Program-made: the position numbers and the translations under genes
Origin: SAR86 cluster bacterium AG-422-P06
GTDB lineage: Bacteria > Pseudomonadota > Gammaproteobacteria > Magnimaribacterales > TMED112
Length of the DNA stretch: 64,000 nt
Reading direction: 5' to 3'
Assembly (NCBI GenBank): GCA_003213455.1
Contig: QCMX01000001.1
Coordinates: forward strand, 1,667-65,666
In this document: positions 26,294-35,824 of the stretch, piece after piece
How the letters are laid out: every line of letters begins with the position of its first letter
How positions within the stretch are numbered: the first letter of the stretch is position 1
Notes under the pieces: model-generated
Seen by the model: the letters and a program-made list of their open reading frames with translations, nothing else
Database searches by the model: none
Told to the model about the DNA's origin: nothing

Positions 26294-28861
26294 ATGAAGA
26301 AATCACTTTTCATCATTTTAATAAGCTTATTTTCACTTGGGCACCAAACTCTTTTATCTAATGAAATTGAAGAGATAGTTGTAACTGGAACACTTCTTAA
26401 AGACATTGAATCAGATAGTTCGCCTGTAGAGCAAATCACTAATGAAGACTTTGACAATTTAAATGTAAATAATATTGCAGAGATTTCTAAATATCTCAAT
26501 ACTACTTCGGGATCACATTTTCAAACTAATGCCTTAGAGGGAGTTGATCAAGGCATGGCTAATATCACGTTAAGAGGATTGGACCACGCATCCACTCTTT
26601 TGCTTATTAATTCAAAAAGACATACTTTTGCAGGCACTCCTTCAAATGAAGGTGAAGGGTATATTGATGCAAACATTATCCCTGAGATTGCTTTTGAAAA
26701 AATTGAAATTTTAAAAGAAGGAGCTACTTCTATTTATGGCTCAGATGCTGTCGCTGGAGTTGTGAATTTCTTAACCTACAAAAAGTTTGATGGTTTCAAA
26801 ATTAAATTTGGAGATCAAAGTTCTGAGAACTACAACAATAAAGAAACAACCTTTGGTCTAATATTTGGAGCAGAATTGCTTGGTTTTGATATGGTCTTTG
26901 GTTTTAATCAACTAGACAGAGCACCTTTGTCCGCAGCAGAAATACCTGGCATAGCTGAACTTGCTCTAAGCTCATTAGGCAATACTTTTATTGTTTCAGA
27001 GGCTGATGTGATTGATACAGGAGAATATGCTGGCAGTTATGCAGCTGGTGAAATTGTTCCAGATCCTAATTGCGAATTAAATGGTGGGGTTTTAGATGGC
27101 TTTTGCAAGTTCCTGTATGGGACAAGATTTAATATCTTTAATGATGAGAATCATTCGAAGTATTATTTAAACCTTACAAATAATAACCATAATTTAACGT
27201 TTATTAATTCAAACGTTTTAGTTACTGACAACCCTCAATCGCCTTCTTATCCAGCTTTACCTTTCTTATCTAGATCTATTAATCCTGGAGAGGGAGGAAG
27301 CCCTTTTAGTGTTCCAGTTAAGTGGTACGGCAGGCCGTTAGGAGCCCGTTATCCATCGCCATTTTCGCCAAAGGATATAGCCCAAATGCATTTAAATTAT
27401 ACTTACTTAACTGCATTTAACGGCTTTGATTTAGATTTCTCTTTAACAGTAAGTGAGCACAGCAATAACCACACAAGACCAGATATAATCGATTCTCGTT
27501 TTCAGGATGCTTTGATTGGTCAAGGCGGTCCAAATGGAGACCAAACATGGAATATTTTTATACCAACAGAAAATTCAGCTGAGCTAGTTGATTACGTTAG
27601 GGGTGCCGAGATTTCATCTAAGGTCGCAGATTTAACAACCATTGATATTTTAGCAAGTTCTTCATTAGAGGATTTTGAATATGTTTTTGGCTTACAGCTT
27701 AATAATGAGAATCTAGATATTGAATACAATGATCTTGCTAGAGCTGAATTTGACCAAGATGGAAAGATAACCAAGACAGCGGATCTCTTTTTCTTGGGTG
27801 GCGGAAAAAATGTTGGCGAAAGTAGAAATAAATATGCAGCATTTTTTGAAGGCGAAAAGGAGTTTTTTGGATCTTTAGATTTGAGGGTAGCAGCTAGATA
27901 TGAATCATCCGATAACTTTACCTCAATTGATCCTAAGGTATCTCTGAAATATAAGCCAACTAATAGCCTAGCTTTTCGTTTATCTCAAGGAACATCATTT
28001 GCCATGCCATCTATGGCCCAAATGTTTTCCAGTGATATAAATCTAGGAAGTGTTAGAGATCAAGATGAGAATATATTTGTAAGACAAGCAAGAATTGGTA
28101 ATCCAGATCTAGAGCCTGCAACTGCAGTAAACTCAAACTTTGGCTTAATCTTTAATACAGATTTCAACAAATTATCCCTAGATTATTGGGAAATTGAATA
28201 CGAAAACAGAGTCGTAGCTCAAAGTGCGCAAGCATTACTGCAATCAGACCCATTTGGACCAAGTATTACAAGAAACTCTGAAGGCGATTTAATCGCTGTA
28301 ACAACAACCTATTTTAATGAGAAGAATACAGAATTATCCGGAGTTGATTTAGGTTATGAACATTATTTTGATTTAGATTCAAATGGCATATTAAATCTAA
28401 ATTTAAAGGCAACATCCTTTATTGAATTTCTTACTCCAGGAAGTGCTTCTGATGAATTAATAAACCGTGTTGGAAAGTTTAATTTTGATTCTAATACAAA
28501 CTCTTTACCCAAAAATAGAATTAATGCATTTCTTAATTGGAAATTTAGAGAATATGAGACTGGTTTGAATGCTAGATATATAAGTGGATATTTAAATGAC
28601 AGAACAATACCAGAAAGCGCAAAGAATTTAGGCTATAGCAATAAGGTTGATTCACATCTTGTGTTTGATCTCTCATTCAAGACACCTATAGGGGTGCTTT
28701 TCAATAATGTAAGCCTAGAAGGTAAATTTGCGTTAGTTAATCTTTTTGATAAAAGCGCACCTCGACTTTATGATGCCCCAGATTTTAGCTTTGATACTAG
28801 AACACATGATCCAAGAGGCCGTATGTTAAGTATTCAATTTGAGCTTGGACTTTTAGATTAA
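26294..28861 (+). CDS. TonB-dependent outer-membrane receptor
   Basis: 855 aa. Signal peptide, EIEEIVVTG TonB box, plug motif IEILKEGATSIYGSDAVAGVVNF. The C-terminus ...QFELGLLD lacks the usual terminal aromatic residue. Confidence 0.85.
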   Translation: MKKSLFIILISLFSLGHQTLLSNEIEEIVVTGTLLKDIESDSSPVEQITNEDFDNLNVNNIAEISKYLNTTSGSHFQTNALEGVDQGMANITLRGLDHASTLLLINSKRHTFAGTPSNEGEGYIDANIIPEIAFEKIEILKEGATSIYGSDAVAGVVNFLTYKKFDGFKIKFGDQSSENYNNKETTFGLIFGAELLGFDMVFGFNQLDRAPLSAAEIPGIAELALSSLGNTFIVSEADVIDTGEYAGSYAAGEIVPDPNCELNGGVLDGFCKFLYGTRFNIFNDENHSKYYLNLTNNNHNLTFINSNVLVTDNPQSPSYPALPFLSRSINPGEGGSPFSVPVKWYGRPLGARYPSPFSPKDIAQMHLNYTYLTAFNGFDLDFSLTVSEHSNNHTRPDIIDSRFQDALIGQGGPNGDQTWNIFIPTENSAELVDYVRGAEISSKVADLTTIDILASSSLEDFEYVFGLQLNNENLDIEYNDLARAEFDQDGKITKTADLFFLGGGKNVGESRNKYAAFFEGEKEFFGSLDLRVAARYESSDNFTSIDPKVSLKYKPTNSLAFRLSQGTSFAMPSMAQMFSSDINLGSVRDQDENIFVRQARIGNPDLEPATAVNSNFGLIFNTDFNKLSLDYWEIEYENRVVAQSAQALLQSDPFGPSITRNSEGDLIAVTTTYFNEKNTELSGVDLGYEHYFDLDSNGILNLNLKATSFIEFLTPGSASDELINRVGKFNFDSNTNSLPKNRINAFLNWKFREYETGLNARYISGYLNDRTIPESAKNLGYSNKVDSHLVFDLSFKTPIGVLFNNVSLEGKFALVNLFDKSAPRLYDAPDFSFDTRTHDPRGRMLSIQFELGLLD

Positions 28862-28900
28862 AAAATTAAATTAATATAAAAATAGTTTAAGATTAGCCCT

Positions 28901-29716
28901 ATGAAGAAACACTTTATTGCACTAATTTTTTTCTCTCTTTTTAGTCATTCTGAAATAAAAGAACACCAGGGGCTATTGGCAACTTTATTCGTACAAAGTT
29001 CTGCAGAGTTTTATACAAATTCGGTCAGTGTTTACAAAGCTGCAGAATATCAACTTGAGTCAGCAGTGAAAGATGTAAGCTATTCAGCAGCAATTGAACA
29101 AACCAAAGATTTTAGTGGTAAACCACCTGCCGTAATACTTGATGTTGATCAAACAGTTCTGGATAACATACCTTTTCAGGCTAGGAAGATTATGGATAGA
29201 ACTTTCTACCCGAATGGTTGGGATGAGTGGTGCATGGAAGAGAAAGCAACTTATATACCCGGGGTTGAGGATTTTCTAGCTAAAGCAGCTGAACTAGGAG
29301 TAGAAGTTTTCTTCGTGACCAATAGAACTGCTAATTTAGAAGAAGCCACTAAAAATAATCTTGAAAAATTAGGTTTTAAATTTGCTAAGAATTTAGATCA
29401 ACTCCTTATGAGGTATGAAAGAGAAGATTGGGGCTCTAATAAGAACACAAGAAGACAACATGTAGCGAAAGACTACAGAATTGTAATGATGATAGGAGAT
29501 AATTTAGGCGACTTCGTTGATGACGAAGAAAATAGCTCTTCTCCAGACATTAGGATGGCAGCTGCAGAAAGGCATTATGATATGTGGGGTAAGTATTGGT
29601 TTATGCTTGCAAACCCTACTTATGGAGATTGGGAAAGTGCTTTAATTGATTTCAAATATGAGATCCCTAAATCTGAACAGCTCCAAATTAAATCCCAAGC
29701 TCTAGATGTTAAATAA
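28901..29716 (+). CDS. Class C (e(P4)-like, DDDD/HAD) acid phosphatase / 5'-nucleotidase, periplasmic
   Basis: 271 aa. Signal peptide without a lipobox Cys. It carries the bipartite class C signature VILDVDQTVLDN and VMMIGDNLGDF, plus VFFVTNR. Confidence 0.8.
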   Translation: MKKHFIALIFFSLFSHSEIKEHQGLLATLFVQSSAEFYTNSVSVYKAAEYQLESAVKDVSYSAAIEQTKDFSGKPPAVILDVDQTVLDNIPFQARKIMDRTFYPNGWDEWCMEEKATYIPGVEDFLAKAAELGVEVFFVTNRTANLEEATKNNLEKLGFKFAKNLDQLLMRYEREDWGSNKNTRRQHVAKDYRIVMMIGDNLGDFVDDEENSSSPDIRMAAAERHYDMWGKYWFMLANPTYGDWESALIDFKYEIPKSEQLQIKSQALDVK

Positions 29717-30968
29717 GAACAGTTTTATTTTTCCATCAATTTCAAAAAATACCGTCTATTCAGGATTATTCTTTTTTTTCGTTCTCTTATCGCTTTTTGT
29801 ACTGCGACCTTTTAGACAAACAATTGCTGCTGATATAGGCACAGCAGATTTAACCTTTTTCTTATTTCTTGTAGTGATAGTGATGTTGTTGGTAAACCCA
29901 ATATATTCATATTTAGTTTCTCGAATTAACCAAAGAAGAATCGTTCTGTACATATACGGATTTTTTATTATTAATTTAATTGGTTTTTTAATTTCTTACA
30001 CAGTTTTTCCTTCCAGCTTTGCTGTCAAAGCAATTTTTTATGTTTGGTACAATATTTTTAATTTCTTTCTAGTTGCAATCTTTTGGGCGATAACAGTAAA
30101 TTCCTTCAATATTGAAGGAGGTAAGAAATTCTTCGGTCTGATAAGTGCATGCGGTTCTTTGGGAGCTGCTTTTGGTGGCCTTCTTGTTGACTCCTATCTA
30201 TATGATAAGCAAAATCTTTCTCTTGTAATTACTGTCATCACTTTATCTTTAGCTATCTTCTTTTCATCTAAGGTGGAGAGAGAAGAAGTAAATTTAAGAG
30301 ATAATAAATCCAGTGCAGTCGATGATATCTTCGAACAATTTAGACAAATTAAACAAAATCCAATCATACGTAGTTTTGTTCTTTATGCATTTACTTGGAC
30401 CTGTTTATCTACAGCCCTATGGTTTTTTCAATTAGAGTTGGTTAATAGTTATACCGATGACTCAGCCATTAAAACTAGAGTATTTGGAAGAGCAGATTCA
30501 ATTGTTCCAATAATTACATTGGCCATTCAATTGCTTTTTACTTCATGGATCCTCAGATCAAAATTTTTGGGGATAAGGTTTGTTTTAACGATTTATGGCT
30601 TTCTATTCGCTTTAGGCTTTTTAGCAATCTCTGGGTATTTTTCAGAATATTTACTAAGCACGACTGGCTTAATGTTATTTTTAGTTCTTCAAGGAACAAT
30701 GAGACCTTTCGAATATGGTTTGAACAAACCTGCTAGAGAAGCAGTTTTTACAACTCTTTCATCAAAAGAGAAATATAAATCAACAGTTTTTATCGATACA
30801 TTTACTAATAGATTTGGAGATGCTACTGGAGGTTTCTTATTCAACTCATTATTCTCTTTTGGTCTAGTACTTTATACAGCACCATTGGCAATAATACCTT
30901 TGGCAATATTTTTAATTGGTCTTGGTTGGAACATTTCTGGAAGGATAGAAAAAGGTAAAACAGCTTAA
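29706..30968 (+). CDS. MFS-type inner-membrane transporter (distant ATP/ADP-translocase/NTT-like N-terminus), substrate unknown
   Basis: 420 aa with about 12 hydrophobic segments. The N-terminal LRPFRQTIAADIG...NPIYSYLVSR resembles the NTT/TLC-like family. It overlaps the phosphatase gene by 11 nt. Confidence 0.5.
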   Translation: MLNKNSFIFPSISKNTVYSGLFFFFVLLSLFVLRPFRQTIAADIGTADLTFFLFLVVIVMLLVNPIYSYLVSRINQRRIVLYIYGFFIINLIGFLISYTVFPSSFAVKAIFYVWYNIFNFFLVAIFWAITVNSFNIEGGKKFFGLISACGSLGAAFGGLLVDSYLYDKQNLSLVITVITLSLAIFFSSKVEREEVNLRDNKSSAVDDIFEQFRQIKQNPIIRSFVLYAFTWTCLSTALWFFQLELVNSYTDDSAIKTRVFGRADSIVPIITLAIQLLFTSWILRSKFLGIRFVLTIYGFLFALGFLAISGYFSEYLLSTTGLMLFLVLQGTMRPFEYGLNKPAREAVFTTLSSKEKYKSTVFIDTFTNRFGDATGGFLFNSLFSFGLVLYTAPLAIIPLAIFLIGLGWNISGRIEKGKTA

Positions 30969-31035
30969 AATACTGTAAATAATTCAAATATTGGTTGATA
31001 TTTTCAGTTTGATCCATAAAATATTTGTTTCAATT

Positions 31036-31440
31036 ATGCTTACCAAACAAAACATTTTAAAAGCTCCAAAAAAGAATTACATGAACAAGGAGCAGCTTAT
31101 GTTCTTCAAAACTTTGCTTGAAGATCTTAAGAAAGAAACACTTACACATATCAGGGACGCTAAAGATAGATTAAGCAACCCACCATCATGCAGTGATGAA
31201 GTTGATAGAGCACAACATGAGATAGACTCTATGTTATTCCTTAGAATTGTTGAAAGAGAATCTAAGCTGCTACCAAAAATCGATAAGGCAATTATGAGAA
31301 TTAAAGCTGGTGATTATGGTTATTGTGTTGAAACAGGCGACCCAATCGGGTTACCAAGACTTATATCAAGACCAACTGCAGAGTTTTGTGCAGAAGTTAA
31401 GACAATCAACGAAGAAAAAGAAAAACACTTCGCCGACTAA
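31036..31440 (+). CDS. dksA: RNA polymerase-binding factor DksA, 2-Cys variant
   Basis: 134 aa from the ATG at 31036. Coiled-coil with the DEVDRA tip motif. The globular domain GDYGYCVETGDPIGLPRLISRPTAEFCAEVKT keeps only 2 of the 4 zinc-finger cysteines. Confidence 0.85.
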   Translation: MLTKQNILKAPKKNYMNKEQLMFFKTLLEDLKKETLTHIRDAKDRLSNPPSCSDEVDRAQHEIDSMLFLRIVERESKLLPKIDKAIMRIKAGDYGYCVETGDPIGLPRLISRPTAEFCAEVKTINEEKEKHFAD

Positions 31441-31484
31441 ACAAATTTTCATATTAAATCTTATTTGCTTATAATTTACGGACT

Positions 31485-31922
31485 ATGAGTATGCTTAATA
31501 AAGTAACAGAGCCAATAGCGGAAGCAAGAATGGGTATTCTTTCTGAGTGGTCATTAAGAATTGTATTGTCCTATATCTTCTTTTCAAATGGACAGCCAAA
31601 GCTTGCAGGTCTAATGGATAACCCGTCCGAGCCTTTAGGGTTTGTTAAGAATCTTTACTTTTTCTCGGATTTTCCTGTTATCTCTTCTTATTTAGCTACC
31701 ATTGCAGAATTAATTTTAATCCCCATATTTTTAATTGTTGGCGGTTTAAAATTTATTGGCCCAACAGCAAAAGCCTTATCAACTCTTGGCGGTTTATTGG
31801 GTACTTTTGTAATGGCAGTAGTGATATTTGGTTTTCATTTTGGCGTGCTTGAAGAGACCTTTGCAGACGTAAAATATCAATTAGCACTATTCGCTATGTC
31901 GATTTACTTTTTATTTAAATAA
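31485..31922 (+). CDS. DoxX-like small membrane protein
   Basis: 145 aa with 4 hydrophobic segments. RIVLSYIFFSNGQPKL resembles the DoxX N-terminus. The assignment is weak. Confidence 0.4.
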   Translation: MSMLNKVTEPIAEARMGILSEWSLRIVLSYIFFSNGQPKLAGLMDNPSEPLGFVKNLYFFSDFPVISSYLATIAELILIPIFLIVGGLKFIGPTAKALSTLGGLLGTFVMAVVIFGFHFGVLEETFADVKYQLALFAMSIYFLFK

Positions 31923-31926
31923 AAAA

Positions 31927-32163
31927 TTGTTTAAACAAACTACAGCAACAATAATCTCATCTATCCTCATTGCTACAGTAATGACAGGTATCGTATCTTT
32001 CTTTGTAACTGCTATTAATAGCGGGGAATTTCCTCCAAATATCTACGAATGGGTTAGGGCTTGGATGCTTGCATGGGCTATAGGTACACCAGGAGTTTTA
32101 ATGTTATCACCACTATTTAAGAATGTGGGCATAGCATTTTCTGACGATCCTAGAGATAATTAG
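31927..32163 (+). CDS. DUF2798-like small membrane protein
   Basis: 78 aa, TTG start, two TM segments. The W.RAW..AW..G.P pattern is as in DUF2798. The assignment is weak. Confidence 0.4.
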   Translation: MFKQTTATIISSILIATVMTGIVSFFVTAINSGEFPPNIYEWVRAWMLAWAIGTPGVLMLSPLFKNVGIAFSDDPRDN

Positions 32164-32192
32164 TTGTAATTTTCATCATAGATATTTATTAT
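32164..32192 (+). promoter_or_regulatory. Putative sigma70 promoter of tRNA-Ala
   Basis: TTGTAA (32164-32169), a 17-nt spacer, then TATTAT (32187-32192), 12 nt upstream of the tRNA. The AT-rich context makes chance matches likely. Confidence 0.3.
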
Positions 32193-32204
32193 TTGTGTTC
32201 TTGT

Positions 32205-32280
32205 GGGGCTATAGCTCAGCTGGGAGAGCACCTGCTTTGCACGCAGGGGGTCAGGAGTTCGAATCTCCTTAGCTCCACCA
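32205..32280 (+). tRNA. tRNA-Ala (anticodon UGC), CCA encoded
   Basis: GGGGCTATAGCTCAGCTGGGAGAGCACCTGCTTTGCACGCAGGGGGTCAGGAGTTCGAATCTCCTTAGCTCCACCA. It has the G3-U70 identity pair and the anticodon loop CTTTGCA. Confidence 0.95.
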
Positions 32281-32299
32281 TTTAAAGGAGAAATTCTTA

Positions 32300-33988
32300 A
32301 TGGAGGAAAAAATAAAAAATCTCACAATTATTCTATTTCTTCTCCTGTATGCTCCTTTAAGCGCAGAAAATAAAAAAGTTGATCTTATAGAATCTGAAGC
32401 GCATGCAATTCTTATTCCTGGGAGTGGCACATATAGCAAAAAAATCTCAACACAAAATAAAGAAGCACAACAATTTTTTGATCAAGGCTTGAGATTAGCA
32501 TGGGGGTTTTATTTTCCTGAATCCATAGCTTCATATTTAGAAGCAGCACGTCACGACCCTGATCATCCAATGCCTTATTGGGGGATGGCTCATGCAATGG
32601 GACCAAATCCAAATTCACGATATTCTGGAATGCCTGATGATCCAAAAGGGGAAGGATTGAAAGCAATTAAAAAGGCAATGGACAGAATTGAGAATGCATC
32701 TGATATGGAGGCTAAATTAATAAAAGCCCTTTATACACTTTACGATAAGGATGCTAACCCAGATGCAAAACAACGTGACCAAGCTTATTTAGCTGAAATG
32801 AGAAAATTAAACAGAGATTATCCAAATGACCCAGATATTGCAGCTTTATATGCGAATAGTTATATGTCAATCCAAAGGTGGAATTATTGGGGAGATCAAG
32901 GTAAGCCAATTTCGGAAACTCTTTTAGTAGCTGAAGCGTTAGAGCATATTATGTCTAAAGATCTATCGCATCCTGGAGTAATGCACTTACATATTCATTT
33001 GATAGAAGCTTCAGAAGAACCAGAAAGAGCACTAGTATCAGCAGACAATTTAGAAAGAACTATACCTATAGTTGGCCATGTAGTTCATATGCCATCTCAT
33101 ATTTACATAAGAGTAGGTCAGTATGAGAAAGCACTAGAACAAAATATTCGCTCTCAGAAAGTTGATAAAGAATTTGCAAAAATCTGGGGTGATTTGCCTC
33201 TTCCAAACTTAGGCACCTATCCGTTATCCCATAAAATACACTCTGGGCATGCACTAGATTTTGTTCGCTACGCTGCGAGCGTTCAGGGAAATTATAATTT
33301 GGCAAGTGAGTCAGCATGGGCTATGGCTAACAGCATAAAAGATAAACAAATTATGATTATGCAGGGTCAAAAGAGAGTCGCTGCCCCTTGGCAGGTTCTT
33401 AAAACTTTTGGAAAATGGGATGAGATACTCAAATTAAAACCTAAACATAGTGGCACGCCATACCTTGATGGTATTTGGGCATATGTAAAAGGAAGTGCAT
33501 ATTTATCAAAAAGAAATACAGAGCAAGCTACACGAGAACTGAATAAACTTAAACAAATTATTAATTCACCTGATGTTGATAAATACCGAGCAGGGGCTAC
33601 ACCTGTATCTCGCGTACTCAAGGCTGCTGCTTACGGACTTGAGGGTGAAATATTTTTAGCTGATAGTAAATACTCAGAAGCGATTGAAGCTTTTACATTG
33701 GCTGTAGAACTAGAAGATCAAAATAACTACACTGAGCCACCAGATTGGCCTCATCCCATGAGATTATATTTAGGTTCTGCTTTAATTTCCGCAGAGAAAT
33801 TTAAAGAAGCTGAAAATGTCTACAGGCGAGATTTAGATTGGCATAGAAATAATGGATGGTCACTATTTGGTCTCCACCAATCTTTGCTTTTACAGGGCAA
33901 GACAGATGAAGCTGAAACAATTCATAAGGAATTTCTTTTAGCCTGGCAGCAAGCAGATATTAAATTATACGACTCTTACGTAAAATAA
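32300..33988 (+). CDS. Secreted TPR-repeat protein of unknown function
   Basis: 562 aa. Signal peptide and helical-repeat composition throughout, with a conserved-looking HMPSHIYIRVGQYEKA segment. No catalytic motif recognised. Confidence 0.55.
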   Translation: MEEKIKNLTIILFLLLYAPLSAENKKVDLIESEAHAILIPGSGTYSKKISTQNKEAQQFFDQGLRLAWGFYFPESIASYLEAARHDPDHPMPYWGMAHAMGPNPNSRYSGMPDDPKGEGLKAIKKAMDRIENASDMEAKLIKALYTLYDKDANPDAKQRDQAYLAEMRKLNRDYPNDPDIAALYANSYMSIQRWNYWGDQGKPISETLLVAEALEHIMSKDLSHPGVMHLHIHLIEASEEPERALVSADNLERTIPIVGHVVHMPSHIYIRVGQYEKALEQNIRSQKVDKEFAKIWGDLPLPNLGTYPLSHKIHSGHALDFVRYAASVQGNYNLASESAWAMANSIKDKQIMIMQGQKRVAAPWQVLKTFGKWDEILKLKPKHSGTPYLDGIWAYVKGSAYLSKRNTEQATRELNKLKQIINSPDVDKYRAGATPVSRVLKAAAYGLEGEIFLADSKYSEAIEAFTLAVELEDQNNYTEPPDWPHPMRLYLGSALISAEKFKEAENVYRRDLDWHRNNGWSLFGLHQSLLLQGKTDEAETIHKEFLLAWQQADIKLYDSYVK

Positions 33989-33999
33989 AGATTTGGAAT

Positions 34000-34782
34000 A
34001 TGGAATTAGAAGTTTATTTCGTTGATTCTTTTACCAGCAAAGTTTTTGGTGGAAATCCAGCAGGCGTAGTTTTTCATGAGCAAGATCTTACCCAAGATTT
34101 AATGCAATCAATTGCAGCAGAAAATAATCTATCAGAAACAGCATTTGTGCACACATCAAATAACAACCGTATCAAGTTCTTTACTCCAGAATTGGAAGTT
34201 GATTTGTGCGGCCATGCAACTTTAGCTTCAGCCTACACATATTTTAATTTTCTCAATACTTCCGCTGATGAGATAGTTTTTCAGGCTAATAGAAGTCAAA
34301 TCAAAGCTGTGAAAACAAACAATGGCATTACATTGTCATTACCAAAAGATGAACCGATAAAAGTTGATGACATAAGTACATTTACCAAAGCATTGAATGC
34401 AAAAGTATTAGAAGTCTATCGCGGCATAGATGATTTTGTCGCTGTGCTTGAAGATGAAGCAGCTGTAAAAAATAACAATCCTGATTTTGGTCTTATTAAA
34501 CAAATGGACTCAAGAGGATTAATAGTAACAGCCAAAGGCAATGAGGTAGATTTTGTTTCTAGATGGTATGGTCCTCAAACTGGCATTAATGAAGATCCAG
34601 CAACTGGTTCAGCTCATGCATTGTTAGCAACATACTGGTCTAAAGTCTTAAATAAACAGGCAATGAGTGCTCGACAACTATCTAAAAGAGTTGGTCACTT
34701 GGATTGTGCAGTAAAAGAGGATCTTGTTGAAATTACCGGACAGGCAAAGCTTTATTTAAGAGGAACTTTGCAGGCTAGCTAA
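34000..34782 (+). CDS. PhzF-family isomerase
   Basis: 260 aa. VDSFTSKVFGGNPAGVV, SETAF, CGHATLA and DPATGSAH motifs. Confidence 0.85.
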   Translation: MELEVYFVDSFTSKVFGGNPAGVVFHEQDLTQDLMQSIAAENNLSETAFVHTSNNNRIKFFTPELEVDLCGHATLASAYTYFNFLNTSADEIVFQANRSQIKAVKTNNGITLSLPKDEPIKVDDISTFTKALNAKVLEVYRGIDDFVAVLEDEAAVKNNNPDFGLIKQMDSRGLIVTAKGNEVDFVSRWYGPQTGINEDPATGSAHALLATYWSKVLNKQAMSARQLSKRVGHLDCAVKEDLVEITGQAKLYLRGTLQAS

Positions 34783-35802
34783 GTCTTGCTTCAACCAATT
34801 TCTTTGAGAATCAATTAAATCAGTCAATATTTTATCTAATCTGGTATTTCCTGAATTTTCTCTATATGCATTAACCAAGAAGGCAGTACCGCTGATAGAG
34901 TCTCCAATCTGAAGTGAATTCATGCCACACATGTAATCTTCATAAACTGTCGTTGTAATTTCACAGACCTCGGCATAAGAACTAAATACATTTAAGTTAT
35001 AAGCTAGCGTTAATATTCTTCTTTTTACATCTGTAGAAATTACTGGATCTGGACCTAGCTTAAGTGCTGAATCAAAATGTTTAAGCGCTAATTCGGGTTT
35101 ATTGAGGTTTTCTGCAGCTAGCCCAAGCCAATAAAACTTAACGTAGCTATCACTAATGCTTTCTCCCAGTTTTTGTAGGCTTTGCCAATCCTTGTTGTTA
35201 ATAAAAGTTTTAGACCTATCAAGTTTTCTGCTTGAAATATTTACATACACCTTGCCTGAATCATATTCACTATCTAGGGCAAATGAAAACTTATGTGGCA
35301 CATCTTTTATAATTGTAGCTGAGCTATTAGCATATTTTAATTTTTTGGCTGCTTTTAAAACTGCTGAATTAAATAAGGTGCAATCTTTGTATGGGTATTG
35401 CCGTTTCTCTATGCATTTGCCCTTAATGACTGTGTGATTATTGGTGGTGCCATCTGGCGCTATATCAAATTTTATTATTACATAGCCTTCAGCATGACTT
35501 TCTATTGCTCTATAAGGGTATTTAGGATTTTCTTTATATATGCTGAAATAAATTGAGCTAGCTTGCTTTTGATGGAGCATTTCTCCTACTTTTCTTGTTC
35601 TGATATCACCACAGGTCTCAATGTAAAAACAGTCTTTATTCTTTAGTACAAGCTGATGATGTATATCTTTAAGCAACTGAACATAATCATTATCTAAGTA
35701 AATAAATTCATAGTTTTCATAGTTGATATTTTTTGATTCTTCATTAGCGCTTACGTATCCTAAAAATAAAAAAATAAAGAGATATGTAAAAATCTTAGAC
35801 AT
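34756..35802 (-). CDS. Secreted TonB_C-domain protein with C-terminal TPR-like repeats
   Basis: 348 aa. Signal peptide. YPYRAIESHAEGYVIIKFDIAPDGTTNNHTVI...FNSAVLKAAKKLKY matches the TonB C-terminal fold pattern. There is no Pro-rich spacer, so it is probably not the energy-transducing TonB itself. Confidence 0.55.
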   Translation of the reverse strand: MSKIFTYLFIFLFLGYVSANEESKNINYENYEFIYLDNDYVQLLKDIHHQLVLKNKDCFYIETCGDIRTRKVGEMLHQKQASSIYFSIYKENPKYPYRAIESHAEGYVIIKFDIAPDGTTNNHTVIKGKCIEKRQYPYKDCTLFNSAVLKAAKKLKYANSSATIIKDVPHKFSFALDSEYDSGKVYVNISSRKLDRSKTFINNKDWQSLQKLGESISDSYVKFYWLGLAAENLNKPELALKHFDSALKLGPDPVISTDVKRRILTLAYNLNVFSSYAEVCEITTTVYEDYMCGMNSLQIGDSISGTAFLVNAYRENSGNTRLDKILTDLIDSQRNWLKQDLASLQSSS

Positions 35803-35824
35803 ATATATAGGATATAATAATCCA

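Noticed and set aside
30991-31035. A TTG-initiated 15-codon extension of dksA (MVDIFSLIHKIFVSI).
   Set aside because: It is hydrophobic and not DksA-like. The ATG at 31036 gives a normal N-terminus.
35723-35824. A 34-codon upstream extension of the cyclophilin gene.
   Set aside because: It would overlap the divergent TonB_C gene by 80 nt. The ATG at 35825 starts a plausible membrane anchor.
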